Below, in pieces: positions 29,877 through 39,672 of a stretch of DNA of 64,000 bases (positions are counted from its first letter, which is position 1; every line of letters starts with the position of its first letter). This stretch comes from a bacterium (GTDB lineage Bacteria > Zhuqueibacterota > Zhuqueibacteria > Residuimicrobiales > Krinioviventaceae): positions 128,001-192,000 of the forward strand of contig CAXXFV010000015.1 of NCBI GenBank assembly GCA_963674595.2, written 5' to 3'. A model generated the notes under the pieces. The model saw only the letters and a program-made list of their open reading frames with translations, was not told where the DNA came from and ran no database searches. The position numbers and the translations under genes were made by a program.

Positions 29877-31511
29877 ATGAGGAATTTAATGTTAGAGAAA
29901 AATTATATTAAAAAAGCGTTTTTAGTAATAATGGTAGTTTTGTTAGGTGTTCTCGTAGTTGGAAACATGGGGAGTCAGAAGATTTATTCATCTGATACCA
30001 CTTTTGCACAATTAGAACGCTTTAACGAAGTTTTCTATTATGTAAACAGATATTATGTTGAGGCGCCTGATAAAGAAAAGTTGATCACCGGAGCAGTAAA
30101 CGGCATGTTGAGTGAATTGGATCCTCACTCCGTTTATATTCCAAAAAAAGAGTTGGAACGTGTAAACGAACAATTTGAAGGCAGCTTTGAAGGTATTGGA
30201 ATAGAATTTATTGTTTTAAATAAAGTCCTTACTGTTGTATCTCCAATTGTAGGCGGACCTTCAGAAGCGGTAGGTTTATTACCGGGTGATCAAATTGTTA
30301 GAATTGAAGACGAGTCCGCCTATGGAATAACAGAAAATGAAGTACAAAAAAAACTACGGGGGCCAAAAGGAAGCAAGGTAAAGTTGACGATTCGCAGACC
30401 GAGTATGTCTGAAAATTTTGAAGTTGTAATAACACGTGATACGATTCCAATTTATAGTGTCATTTCTTCTTTTATTATGGATGATGGAGAAACCGGATAT
30501 GTATTGATCGGTCGTTTTGCACGAACCACTTCAGAAGAGCTGGATAAAGCGCTTGATGATCTTCAACAACAGGGTATGAAAAAACTGGTATTGGATTTAA
30601 GAGGAAATTCCGGTGGTTATCTGGAGCAGGCCTTTGAAGTTGCTGATAAATTTCTTCCCGGCGGATATAAAATCGTATATACACGCGGACGTAAAAAATC
30701 AATGGGAAGTGATCTGATTTCTACTGACCGGTCGACTCGTCCTCTCAATCCGTTAATTGTTATGATTGATCATGGTTCTGCCAGTGCTTCTGAAATTGTT
30801 GCCGGTGCAATCCAGGATTTGGACCGGGGCCTTGTTGTCGGACAGACAAGTTTTGGAAAAGGTTTGGTTCAAAATCAAATACCGCTTAAAGACGGCTCTG
30901 CGCTTCGGTTAACAATTGCAAGATACTATACACCCAGCGGTCGTCTTATTCAAAGAGATTATGATGGCGGGCTGATGGATTATTATCAGGAAGCTTATGA
31001 AGATGAATCTTCAAAACACCCTGATTCAACCAAAGTTTATAAAACACTTAGCGGCCGTACGGTATATGGTGGCGGCGGCATCACCCCTGATTCCATCTTG
31101 TCGGATATTCGTATAACCCGTTTAACAAATCGTATGATTTCCAAACGAATATTTTTTGAATATGGTTCCAATTATGCAAGTGCTCATAAAAATGAAAAAT
31201 TGGATTTTAACATGTATCGTGCAAATTTTCAGGTAACGGAACCAATGCTTGAAGACTTTAAAGAAATTATAAAAAAGCACAATATAGAATTTAGTCAGGA
31301 GGCATTTGATAAAGACATCGATTTTGTAAAAATGCTTATAAAGGCCGAAATAGCCCGAAATCTTTATAGCAGTAATCATTATTATCAAATTCGTATCTCT
31401 GCCGATTCTGAAGTTAAGCAGGCACTTGGTTTATTCCCAAAAGCAACAGAGATTTGTAAATTGCATGCGTGGGATGGATATTCCGAGAACTCGCAGCAAA
31501 AAAGATATTGA
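29877..31511 (+). CDS. ctpA: Carboxyl-terminal processing protease (S41, PDZ)
   Basis: LDPHS, FEGIGI (PDZ), DLRGNSGG, SASASEIVAGAIQD, SFGKGLVQ. Confidence 0.93.
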   Translation: MRNLMLEKNYIKKAFLVIMVVLLGVLVVGNMGSQKIYSSDTTFAQLERFNEVFYYVNRYYVEAPDKEKLITGAVNGMLSELDPHSVYIPKKELERVNEQFEGSFEGIGIEFIVLNKVLTVVSPIVGGPSEAVGLLPGDQIVRIEDESAYGITENEVQKKLRGPKGSKVKLTIRRPSMSENFEVVITRDTIPIYSVISSFIMDDGETGYVLIGRFARTTSEELDKALDDLQQQGMKKLVLDLRGNSGGYLEQAFEVADKFLPGGYKIVYTRGRKKSMGSDLISTDRSTRPLNPLIVMIDHGSASASEIVAGAIQDLDRGLVVGQTSFGKGLVQNQIPLKDGSALRLTIARYYTPSGRLIQRDYDGGLMDYYQEAYEDESSKHPDSTKVYKTLSGRTVYGGGGITPDSILSDIRITRLTNRMISKRIFFEYGSNYASAHKNEKLDFNMYRANFQVTEPMLEDFKEIIKKHNIEFSQEAFDKDIDFVKMLIKAEIARNLYSSNHYYQIRISADSEVKQALGLFPKATEICKLHAWDGYSENSQQKRY

Positions 31512-31536
31512 CTTTTAGTTCAAAAAATACTAAGTT
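31508..31536 (+). promoter_or_regulatory. Putative sigma70 promoter of the exbB-exbD-exbD-tonB operon
   Basis: TTGACT, 17 nt spacer, TAAGTT. Confidence 0.5.
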
Positions 31537-31601
31537 TATTTGTTAAGCCAGAATTTAATCAACAAACTAATATATTTAATTGATTTGGAGGAAAGTACAG
31601 A

Positions 31602-32213
31602 ATGGTTGAAAAGTTCGTACAAGGTGGCGCTTTTATGTGGCCGATTCTATTTCTTTTGGTTTTCGGTTTTGCTATCAGTCTAGAGCGCCTATGGACGCTA
31701 ACCCGCGCTTCAGTAAACACCCGTAAGTTTTTGGCTAAAGTTAAAGAAGCCTTGACAAACGGTGGTGTTACTGAGGCTTTAGAAGTTTGCCAAAACACCC
31801 GTGGTCCTGTTGCTTCAATTTTCCATGCCGGTTTAATGAGAGCGGATCGAGGAATTGAACACGTAGAAAAATCAATTACCAGTGCCGGTTCAATTGAAAT
31901 GGCCTTTTTGGAACGAGGATTGATCTGGCTGGCTACAGTTATCAGTGTTGCCCCTATGCTTGGGTTTATCGGTACAGTTCAGGGTATGATCGGTGCTTTT
32001 GATGCTATTGCAGCAGCAAATGACATCTCTCCGACCATCGTAGCAAGTGGTATCTCTGTCGCTCTTTTAACCACTATGTTTGGTTTGATCGTAGCTGCAA
32101 TTATTCAGATTCTTCATAATTTTTTCGTTTCAAGAATTGATAAGTTAATCATCGATATGGAAGAAAGCTCAAATGAACTCGTCGATGCTTTGATCGCGGT
32201 GGAAAAAAAGTAA
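31602..32213 (+). CDS. exbB: MotA/TolQ/ExbB proton channel protein
   Basis: GG.FMWPI, APMLGFIGTVQGMI, GISVALLTT.FGL. Confidence 0.92.
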   Translation: MVEKFVQGGAFMWPILFLLVFGFAISLERLWTLTRASVNTRKFLAKVKEALTNGGVTEALEVCQNTRGPVASIFHAGLMRADRGIEHVEKSITSAGSIEMAFLERGLIWLATVISVAPMLGFIGTVQGMIGAFDAIAAANDISPTIVASGISVALLTTMFGLIVAAIIQILHNFFVSRIDKLIIDMEESSNELVDALIAVEKK

Positions 32214-32233
32214 TCGAAACGGAGTGCTTTTAA

Positions 32234-32638
32234 ATGTTTGTAGACAAAAAGAAAAAAGATTCTGTTGAAATTCCAACTTCTTCGTTAGCAGATATTGCTT
32301 TTTTGCTATTGGTTTTTTTCCTGGTAACAACAACAATTGCTACCGATAAAGGAATTTCTTTGGCCTTGCCGCCAAAAAGCGATACCCAACTTGAAGTTAA
32401 CAAAGATATTTTAACAAATATCTCGATCAATGCAAGTGGTATGGTTATGATGGATGAAGAAGTAATCGATGTCAATTTGATTGCTGAAAGAGTTCGTCAA
32501 ATGTTACAACAGAAACCGAATATGATTTTTTCTGTTAAAACATTACGCGATACCAAATACGATGTATATATCGACGTGCTTGATCAATTAAAACAGGCAA
32601 ATGCAAAGAAAATATCTATTGCTGAACCTGAATATTAA
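32234..32638 (+). CDS. exbD: ExbD/TolR biopolymer transporter
   Basis: SLADIAFLLLVFFLVTT transmembrane segment with the conserved Asp. Confidence 0.92.
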   Translation: MFVDKKKKDSVEIPTSSLADIAFLLLVFFLVTTTIATDKGISLALPPKSDTQLEVNKDILTNISINASGMVMMDEEVIDVNLIAERVRQMLQQKPNMIFSVKTLRDTKYDVYIDVLDQLKQANAKKISIAEPEY

Positions 32639-32678
32639 TCAAATAAAATAGTTAAACTAATTATTAGGAGTAAGGACT

Positions 32679-33101
32679 TTGAAATTTCAAACAAAGTCTA
32701 AGGTTGCTAGCGGCATCCCAACTGCTTCTCTTCCAGATATCGTTTTTATGTTACTCATTTTCTTTATGGTAACCACTGTTTTTAAGCAATCGGATGGTCT
32801 TACTATTATACTTCCTGACGCAAAAAAAATAGAAAAGCTACCGACAAAACGTGACGTAGCTGTTATATGGGCAGATCGTGAAGGTCAAATAAGTATTGAT
32901 GATAGAATGCTGAATGTCAGTGACATTAGAAATGTTGTCTATCAAAAAGCTATTGATCCACTTGTTCCGATCCGATTGGTATCTTTAAGAATCGATAAAG
33001 ATGTTGAAATGGGTAGAGTAACCGAAATACACGAAGAGTTGCGTTCAGTTGGTGAAGCTGCACTTAATGTAAATTATTCTTCACGAACACAAGCAGATTG
33101 A
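32679..33101 (+). CDS. exbD: ExbD/TolR biopolymer transporter, second copy
   Basis: SLPDIVFMLLIFFMVTT. Confidence 0.92.
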   Translation: MKFQTKSKVASGIPTASLPDIVFMLLIFFMVTTVFKQSDGLTIILPDAKKIEKLPTKRDVAVIWADREGQISIDDRMLNVSDIRNVVYQKAIDPLVPIRLVSLRIDKDVEMGRVTEIHEELRSVGEAALNVNYSSRTQAD

Positions 33102-33102
33102 G

Positions 33103-33759
33103 GTGATGAACATGTTGAGAAAAAATCCAAAAATCAGCCTCAAACTAAAATATAAAAAAAATATCGAACTTGCTCTTGTTCTAACCTTGGCATTATCTGT
33201 TTTTATTTTCCAAGCATGGAAAAGAGTTGAAAAACAGCAAGTTGCGGAACAAAAAGTAGAATTCAAGTTCGAGATTGACGAAATTCCACAAACAGAACAA
33301 ACTAAACGCCCTCCTGCACCCTCAAGACCTTCTATTCCAATTGAGAGTGAAGATGAGGATATACCTGATGATGTTACAATTGATGATACTGAAATAGATT
33401 TTTCGGAATTACCGCCACCTCCACCACCACCGGAGGAAGAGGTTGATGAATCTGCAACAATTTTTGTTGCTTATGATGAACCGCCTCAGCCTATTGGTGG
33501 ATTTGCTTCTATCCAAAAGAATCTGGTTTACCCGGAAATTGCGAGAAAAGCAGGTGTTGAAGGGCGCGTATTTGTAAACGTCCTTATCGATCAAAAGGGT
33601 AATGTAGTTGACACAAAAATCGTTAAATCGCTAGGTAATAACGGTTGTGATGAGGCTGCCGTTGCTGCTATTAAAGCGGTTAAATGGAAACCTGCTAAAC
33701 AACGAGATAAACCCGTTAAGGTATGGGTTGCCATCCCGGTTGTTTTCAAATTGAGATAA
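33103..33759 (+). CDS. tonB: Energy transducer TonB
   Basis: N-terminal TM helix, Pro-rich linker (PPPPPPP), YPEIARKAGVEGRV...WKPAKQ C-terminal domain. Confidence 0.93.
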   Translation: MMNMLRKNPKISLKLKYKKNIELALVLTLALSVFIFQAWKRVEKQQVAEQKVEFKFEIDEIPQTEQTKRPPAPSRPSIPIESEDEDIPDDVTIDDTEIDFSELPPPPPPPEEEVDESATIFVAYDEPPQPIGGFASIQKNLVYPEIARKAGVEGRVFVNVLIDQKGNVVDTKIVKSLGNNGCDEAAVAAIKAVKWKPAKQRDKPVKVWVAIPVVFKLR

Positions 33760-33764
33760 TTTTT

Positions 33765-33792
33765 AAAGCGGTGTTTTCACCGCTTTTTTTTT
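33765..33792 (+). terminator. Rho-independent terminator of the Ton operon
   Basis: AAAGCGGTG-TTTT-CACCGCTTT followed by a T run. Confidence 0.85.
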
Positions 33793-33814
33793 ATTCCAAG
33801 GATCGAGGTTCTCC

Positions 33815-34315
33815 TTGAAAAAGTTTTTTTATTTTTCATTAATTTTTGTGGGTTGTTTTAATCCCTTTGCACCTAAAATAGAAGACATAGGTGAGAGCTC
33901 TCTGGTCATTACCGATCAACAATCCCCTGAACAGGTCCTGGAAAATTTTTTATATGCCTATACATTTAAAGATTCTCTTGTTTATGCTGAATTATTAGAT
34001 AGTTCTTTTGTTTTTGTTTATTTTGATCCAAACCTGGGAAGCTCAGGAAGGTTTGTTTCCTGGGGACGTGATATTGACCTGAAAACAACCGGACGACTTT
34101 TTAGAAGTTTTGATACAATTACATTAACCTGGAACTCGACAATTTACGAAGAAATTGATGATAATATAGGAGAAATGTCAAAAACCCTCAGACTTAATCT
34201 TTTTGGTTCTGCAGGAGATTTTAGTTTGTCCGGCAATGCTATTTTTAATTTTAAAAAATGTTCCTATGATAAAAAATGGCGAATTACTCGCTGGAAAGAC
34301 GAATCCCAGATGTAA
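33815..34315 (+). CDS. Hypothetical lipoprotein (probable paralog of 16643-17251)
   Basis: Lipobox FVGC; QSPEQVLENF..AY..KD...Y..LL; C-terminal WRITRWKD. Confidence 0.65.
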   Translation: MKKFFYFSLIFVGCFNPFAPKIEDIGESSLVITDQQSPEQVLENFLYAYTFKDSLVYAELLDSSFVFVYFDPNLGSSGRFVSWGRDIDLKTTGRLFRSFDTITLTWNSTIYEEIDDNIGEMSKTLRLNLFGSAGDFSLSGNAIFNFKKCSYDKKWRITRWKDESQM

Positions 34316-34379
34316 TTTCTTGCAATCCTTGGAAATATATATTATTTTAAATTATAGATAATAGTATGAATTAAAAATT

Positions 34380-34958
34380 GTGTGTGAAATCGTGAATAGT
34401 CCTGAAAAGAAAAAACTGTTTGAAGATATTGCCTTTGAGTATATGGATTCGCTTTATAGTACGGCCTTGAGATTAACAAGGAATACGGAGGAAGCTGAAG
34501 ACCTGATTCAGGATACCTATTTACGTGCCTATCGCTTTTTTGATAAATTTGAAGAAGGTACTAATTTTAAGGCCTGGATTTTCAAGATATTAACCAATAC
34601 GTTTATTAACAAATACAGGAAAAAGGTTCGTACTCCTCAACAGGTTCAGCTTGAAAAAGTTGAATTTGGCCTGGAAAATAAGGATGATTATCAGGAAGAA
34701 ACCGAATGGGAAGGATTTGAGGAGGAAAAATATAATGAACTTTTTGACGATGATATAAAGAGCGCTTTAGCACAATTATCCACAGAATTTCGGATGGTTA
34801 TTTTGTTGGCTGATGTTGAACAATTTTCATACAAGGAAATTGCTCAAATGATTGACAGACCGATTGGAACGGTCATGTCACGACTCTTTCGGGGGAGAAG
34901 AATGCTGCAAAAAATTTTAGAAAACTATGCTAAAGATGAGGGATATATTAAAGAATAA
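34380..34958 (+). CDS. ECF sigma factor resembling actinobacterial SigR/SigH
   Basis: LYSTALRLTRN..EAEDLIQDTY.RAY..F..F.EGTNFKAW..ILTNTFIN.YRK; region 4 SYKEIA...PIGTVMSRL.RGR. Confidence 0.9.
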   Translation: MCEIVNSPEKKKLFEDIAFEYMDSLYSTALRLTRNTEEAEDLIQDTYLRAYRFFDKFEEGTNFKAWIFKILTNTFINKYRKKVRTPQQVQLEKVEFGLENKDDYQEETEWEGFEEEKYNELFDDDIKSALAQLSTEFRMVILLADVEQFSYKEIAQMIDRPIGTVMSRLFRGRRMLQKILENYAKDEGYIKE

Positions 34959-35068
34959 ATTTTGAGACAAAATCAAACTTGATGCATCTAAACATTATTA
35001 AATTGAAAGAATTTCAAAAAGAAATTCTTTTTTCTTTAATGGTTATATTCACAAAGATGAGGTTAATG

Positions 35069-36872
35069 ATGAGACGAGTAATCGTTATTTTATTTGTATC
35101 AGTTTTATTGATTACAAACCTGTTTGCACAATTCCAGTCGCCTAATGTACTAGATGCAGAAATTTTTTCGTCGCAGGACAAATTGGCCCGTGGTAAAGTT
35201 TTAAAAATTGCTGTTGTTTTAGATATTACGGATGGGTTGCATATAAATTCCAACGCTCCCAGGAGTGAATTTGCAATTCCTACAGTTATTAAACTCACCC
35301 CCATTGAACATATCACTTTTTCTGAATTTGACTATCCGGAACCCCTTTTAAAATCTTTTTCTTTTTCAGAAGAAAAACTATCTGTATTTGAAGGCAAAGT
35401 TATTGCCTATGCAAATATTCATGCTTTACCTGAATTGACTCCGGGTAATCTCAAAATTAAAGCAACTGTTTCATATCAGGGGTGCGATGATCAGGTCTGT
35501 TTTGCTCCTGAAGAGAAAAATTTAGAGTTATTAATAACCGTTGTTGACAGTACCTCTGAGATTAAAGAAATAAATCAAGGTATCTTTGCCTCTCTTGATG
35601 TTCCTAATAAGCAAGCAGGTGCTGATGATTCAATTTTTACGTCCGATGAGTTAAAGGCCAAACAAATAATTGATAAAGGATTTCTTTACGCTGTTTTTGC
35701 GTTTTTTATTGTCGGCCTGGCTTTAAATTTGACTCCCTGCGTTTATCCGGTTATTCCTTTAACCGTGACCTATTTTGGCGGACAAAGTGCTACTAGTAAA
35801 AGTTCAGCCTTTTTTAAAGCGCTTTTTTACGTGGTTGGTATTGCCATCGCTTTTGCTGTTTTGGGGCTTTTGTCCGGGCTTGCGGGAAAGCAATGGGGAT
35901 TTTTATTTCAAAGTCCGTGGTTTATTGTTTTTATAACGTTAATAATTTTGTCAATGGCGGCCAGTCTTTTTGGTGTTTTTGAAATAACAGTGCCACAGGC
36001 TTTGATGTCTAAAATCGGCAGCGGACGTGAAGGTGTTGCAGGCTCTTTAATTATGGGATTAACTGTTGGGGTTGTAATCGCTCCATGTGCTGCCGGAATA
36101 ATTATCGGCTTGGTTGGTCTTGTTGCAAAACTGGGACTTGTGGTTAAAGGTACCTTTTTGTTTTTTCTCATGGGTTTAGGTCTCGGACTTCCTTATTTGT
36201 TCCTGGCCATGTTTTCCGGCCTGCTTGAAAAATTACCGCAATCCGGCATGTGGATGGTTTGGATTAGAAAATTTTTTGGTATGATTTTAATCGGCGTTGC
36301 CGTCTATTTCTTTTTACCGCAGCTTGAGCGTGTTTATGATAAATTAGGTTTTCTGTTGGGTTTAATTACTGTTTTTAGCGGTTTGTTATTAGGTTTTCTC
36401 GATCACGAAGCCGGATATACAAAAGCCTTTAAAATTGGCAAAAGTGTTTTTGGTATTTTGCTAATTGTTTTTGGAATTTTCCTTGTCAATAATGCAATCC
36501 ATGCCAAAGGCTCTGATATCGACTGGAACCATTATAACGGACAACGTATCGAACAGTTGGTTGAAAATGACAAGCCGGTATTTATCGATTTTTATGCTGA
36601 CTGGTGTGCGCCGTGTAAACAGTTGGACCGTGAAACTTTTACGGATAAAAATGTTGTGGAAATTTCCAAAAATTTTAATATGATTAAAGTAGACTGTACG
36701 GCGCCCGATGCCATCACCAAATCTTTTATGGATAAATTTAAGGTGAGTGGTATGCCGACACTGGTTTTTTTTATCAAAAGATGGTAAAGAAGACCCGGCA
36801 TTACGTGAGATAGGATTTGTCGGGCCGGAAGAATTTGTAAAAAGTATGAACAAGGTTTTAGACAGCCAATAG
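35069..36872 (+). CDS. dsbD: Thiol:disulfide interchange protein DsbD, with an apparent +1 frameshift near the 3' end
   Basis: YQGCDDQVC (alpha domain), LTPCVYP and APCAAG (TM domain), WCAPCK (thioredoxin domain); T8 run at 36765-36772 shifts the frame, and the +1 frame continues LSKDGKE...IGFVGPEEF to TAG 36872; start reassigned to ATG 35069 after GAGGT. Confidence 0.88.
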
Positions 36873-36893
36873 ATAATTTGTACAGGAGAAAAA

Positions 36894-37895
36894 ATGTTTT
36901 TCCCGGAATCTCTGGATAACAAATCATTTCGCTTGTTTGTTCAACGGACTGTTTTGCTTTACAGAGAAAAGAAATCTCTTTCAAAAACCGAACAGGACAT
37001 TGCTTATCTAATTGCAGAGCACCCAAATATCGGCAGATATTTTAATCAAAAATTTGATGTTTATGAAAATTTTAAAGATGATAATAATCCCTATAAAATA
37101 TTGGGTGCTCTTTATCAGATTTATAAACAGATGTCGGATGATAAGCCACAAGGTCTTCGCCTGCTGGTTAAAGAAAATTTTCCCTCCACCTATCCGGAAA
37201 AACAAATTCGTCAACTACTTGCCGATGGTTACCTGGAATTGTTAAAAAAAGAAAAATTAGGTAAACACTTTAACAATGAAATTTATTTACAGGAGATGAA
37301 TTTTTACATAAAGGAAAATTTTGCACAGTCAAAAGAAGATTTGAAAGGAAAAAGGAGCCAGTCCGAACTTGCTGAAACCGATAGTTATTATAACAGATCT
37401 GCTATAAATAATTCATTTAACTCTTTAAACCGTTCATTTTATAAACAAATGAATGAAAAAGATATTGTCCTGCCTTTAAGCCTTGTTGCCGCTTTTAAGA
37501 ATCTGTCTTCTGAGTGGATTGAAGCAATTTCAAATTTTTGGAAAAGGCCATCCTTCCCGGCAAAATACGACCGGATTATGGACCTGGAAAAAGTTTTTAA
37601 AAGTCCGGAATTTATTAATAACGTAACAAAATGTTTGACCTCAAAAGAAAAGCAAGCCCTGCAAATGCTGCTTGATAATGAGGGGTATATAAAATATGGT
37701 AAAATGATTAAGGTTTTTGGTGATGAAGAATCTGATAATTACTGGTGGACACAACAGGCCCCCAAATCTATCCTGGGTCAGCTAAGATATAAAGGCCTTG
37801 TATTCGCGGGCAGAGCAAAGTTAACAACTAATAAATACAAGATAATACTCATACCCTACGATTTAATTCCGATAATAAAAAACACTCTAGTTTAA
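36894..37895 (+). CDS. Hypothetical protein with DUF1841-like N-terminus and winged-helix-like C-terminus
   Basis: LS..EQ.IA..IAEHP...NP...L...I..Q...DKPQG.R resembles DUF1841; C-terminus L..LRYKGLVF.G...IP.DL. Confidence 0.5.
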   Translation: MFFPESLDNKSFRLFVQRTVLLYREKKSLSKTEQDIAYLIAEHPNIGRYFNQKFDVYENFKDDNNPYKILGALYQIYKQMSDDKPQGLRLLVKENFPSTYPEKQIRQLLADGYLELLKKEKLGKHFNNEIYLQEMNFYIKENFAQSKEDLKGKRSQSELAETDSYYNRSAINNSFNSLNRSFYKQMNEKDIVLPLSLVAAFKNLSSEWIEAISNFWKRPSFPAKYDRIMDLEKVFKSPEFINNVTKCLTSKEKQALQMLLDNEGYIKYGKMIKVFGDEESDNYWWTQQAPKSILGQLRYKGLVFAGRAKLTTNKYKIILIPYDLIPIIKNTLV

Positions 37896-37909
37896 AAAGG
37901 TTATTAAAA

Positions 37910-39655
37910 ATGCGTTTTTTTCTATTTTTTGCAGCATTTTTTTATGCCGGATTTTCTTATTCAACACCCACAGATTCACTATGGATTAATGTTACTTTTC
38001 CTGCGACGGGGGATACATTTGCTGTAGATTATTTACGAGTTTCCGGAAACACAAATCCGTTGGCCCGTGTTTTTGTCAATGATTCTAGCGTAAAGGTTTA
38101 TCCTCACGGCGCTTTTGTGAGCAGAGTAAAGTTAAAACCCTTTATGAACAAGGTCGATGTTCGTGTCGAAAAAGATGGAATTGTTAAAGACAATAATATA
38201 TTTGTTTTTCGAGATCCCCCTTTGGAATCCTATCCAAAAGTGCCGACCCGTTTTGATTTTAGAATGATGCAGCCTGAGAATGATGTTTGGATTATGCCGG
38301 GCGATTATTTAACCTGCCGGGTTAAGGCAAGTCCACAGGCTGATGTCTTTTTTTCCATAAACCAGGTTATTAAAAGAGCACAAATGGTTGAAATTAAAGA
38401 AAACAACCTTGAAGGTATTTATGTTGGACAGATTAAAATACCGAATGGAGATTATGATCAGCCATTAAAAATTTTATATGAAATGCGGGGAATAGACGGA
38501 CGTAAAGTGAAAGCTGAAAATTCAGGCAAAATTTATATTATGCAGCAAAAAATACCTGTTATCGGCATGACGAATTCTGAAACAATGTTGCATAGTATCA
38601 GCGAGGGATATGATCCTGTCGGCAGAATTCCCGATTCCGTCAAAGTCCATATTGTCGGTAAATCGTCGGAGCGTATCAAAATAAAGCTGGGTGAAAATAC
38701 CGTCTTTGTCGATGTGAATGATATATCGCTTTTACCTCTTGGAACGCCTCTGCCGGAAACGAATGTTTCTGCTCCGTATATACAGGTAAAGCCGCGCGAA
38801 TATCAGCTAATTATGAACGTTGACGAATACGTCCCCTTTCTATTGGATAAAAAAGATAATACAGTTGTATTGACCCTGTTTGGCGGAAAAGTCGCCTCGC
38901 ATTGGATTACTTATCCAAATTATGATACCGGTATAGAACATATCTCTATTTCGAACAAAAGTCCGGATATAACGGTGGTTAAAGTAACGCTGCCGCAGGA
39001 ACCGGCCTGGGGCTACAGCGCTCAATATGATAATGGCAAGCTGGTGCTGAAAATTCGGCGTCCTTTCCAGGGTACAAGTCAGGATATTAATTCGTTAAAA
39101 GGGCTTACAATTGCTATCGATCCCGGACATGGCGGAGAATATACAGGAGCAATAAGCCCGACAGGATTACTGGAAAAAAATGTAAACCTGGACTGGGCAA
39201 AGTATCTGGAGCTTTTTTGTGAAAATGCCGGCGCCAGGGTTATTTTAACCCGCTATTCGGATGAGCATGTTTCCTTGTTGGATCGTATGAATATTGCCCG
39301 AAATGAAAGCGCAGATATATTTATCTCTCTGCATAATAATGCCACAAGTCCGGGTGGAAATCCGTTAAGGGCCCGTGGGACAAGCGTGTATTTTAGCTTG
39401 CCTCAAAATATGGATTTGGCTTGGAACGTTTATCCTTATTTGGTTAAATTGGGGCTTATACCCTATGGCCGCGTGCAAAACAGTTACTTTTTAACGACTT
39501 TTCCGGATATGCCGGTTTTGTTGGTTGAGGGCGCTTTTTTAACAAGCCCGGATGACGAACAATTATTTCTAAATGAACGGTTTTTATATAATCTTGCCCA
39601 GGCGGTTTTTAATGGTATAATGGATTTTGTTTTTTCTCAAGCCGCCAAAAAATAA
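37910..39655 (+). CDS. N-acetylmuramoyl-L-alanine amidase (Amidase_3) with N-terminal accessory domains
   Basis: IAIDPGHGG, EKNVNL, ISLHNNA, LVEGAFL; signal peptide. Confidence 0.9.
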   Translation: MRFFLFFAAFFYAGFSYSTPTDSLWINVTFPATGDTFAVDYLRVSGNTNPLARVFVNDSSVKVYPHGAFVSRVKLKPFMNKVDVRVEKDGIVKDNNIFVFRDPPLESYPKVPTRFDFRMMQPENDVWIMPGDYLTCRVKASPQADVFFSINQVIKRAQMVEIKENNLEGIYVGQIKIPNGDYDQPLKILYEMRGIDGRKVKAENSGKIYIMQQKIPVIGMTNSETMLHSISEGYDPVGRIPDSVKVHIVGKSSERIKIKLGENTVFVDVNDISLLPLGTPLPETNVSAPYIQVKPREYQLIMNVDEYVPFLLDKKDNTVVLTLFGGKVASHWITYPNYDTGIEHISISNKSPDITVVKVTLPQEPAWGYSAQYDNGKLVLKIRRPFQGTSQDINSLKGLTIAIDPGHGGEYTGAISPTGLLEKNVNLDWAKYLELFCENAGARVILTRYSDEHVSLLDRMNIARNESADIFISLHNNATSPGGNPLRARGTSVYFSLPQNMDLAWNVYPYLVKLGLIPYGRVQNSYFLTTFPDMPVLLVEGAFLTSPDDEQLFLNERFLYNLAQAVFNGIMDFVFSQAAKK

Positions 39656-39672
39656 CCTAGTCTGGAGGTTTT

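Noticed and set aside
31602-33759. Duplicated exbD in the Ton operon
   Set aside because: exbB-exbD-exbD-tonB is an ordinary arrangement in FCB-group bacteria.
34979-35068. N-terminal extension of DsbD in the ORF track
   Set aside because: The signal peptide and SD fit a start at 35066 or 35069.
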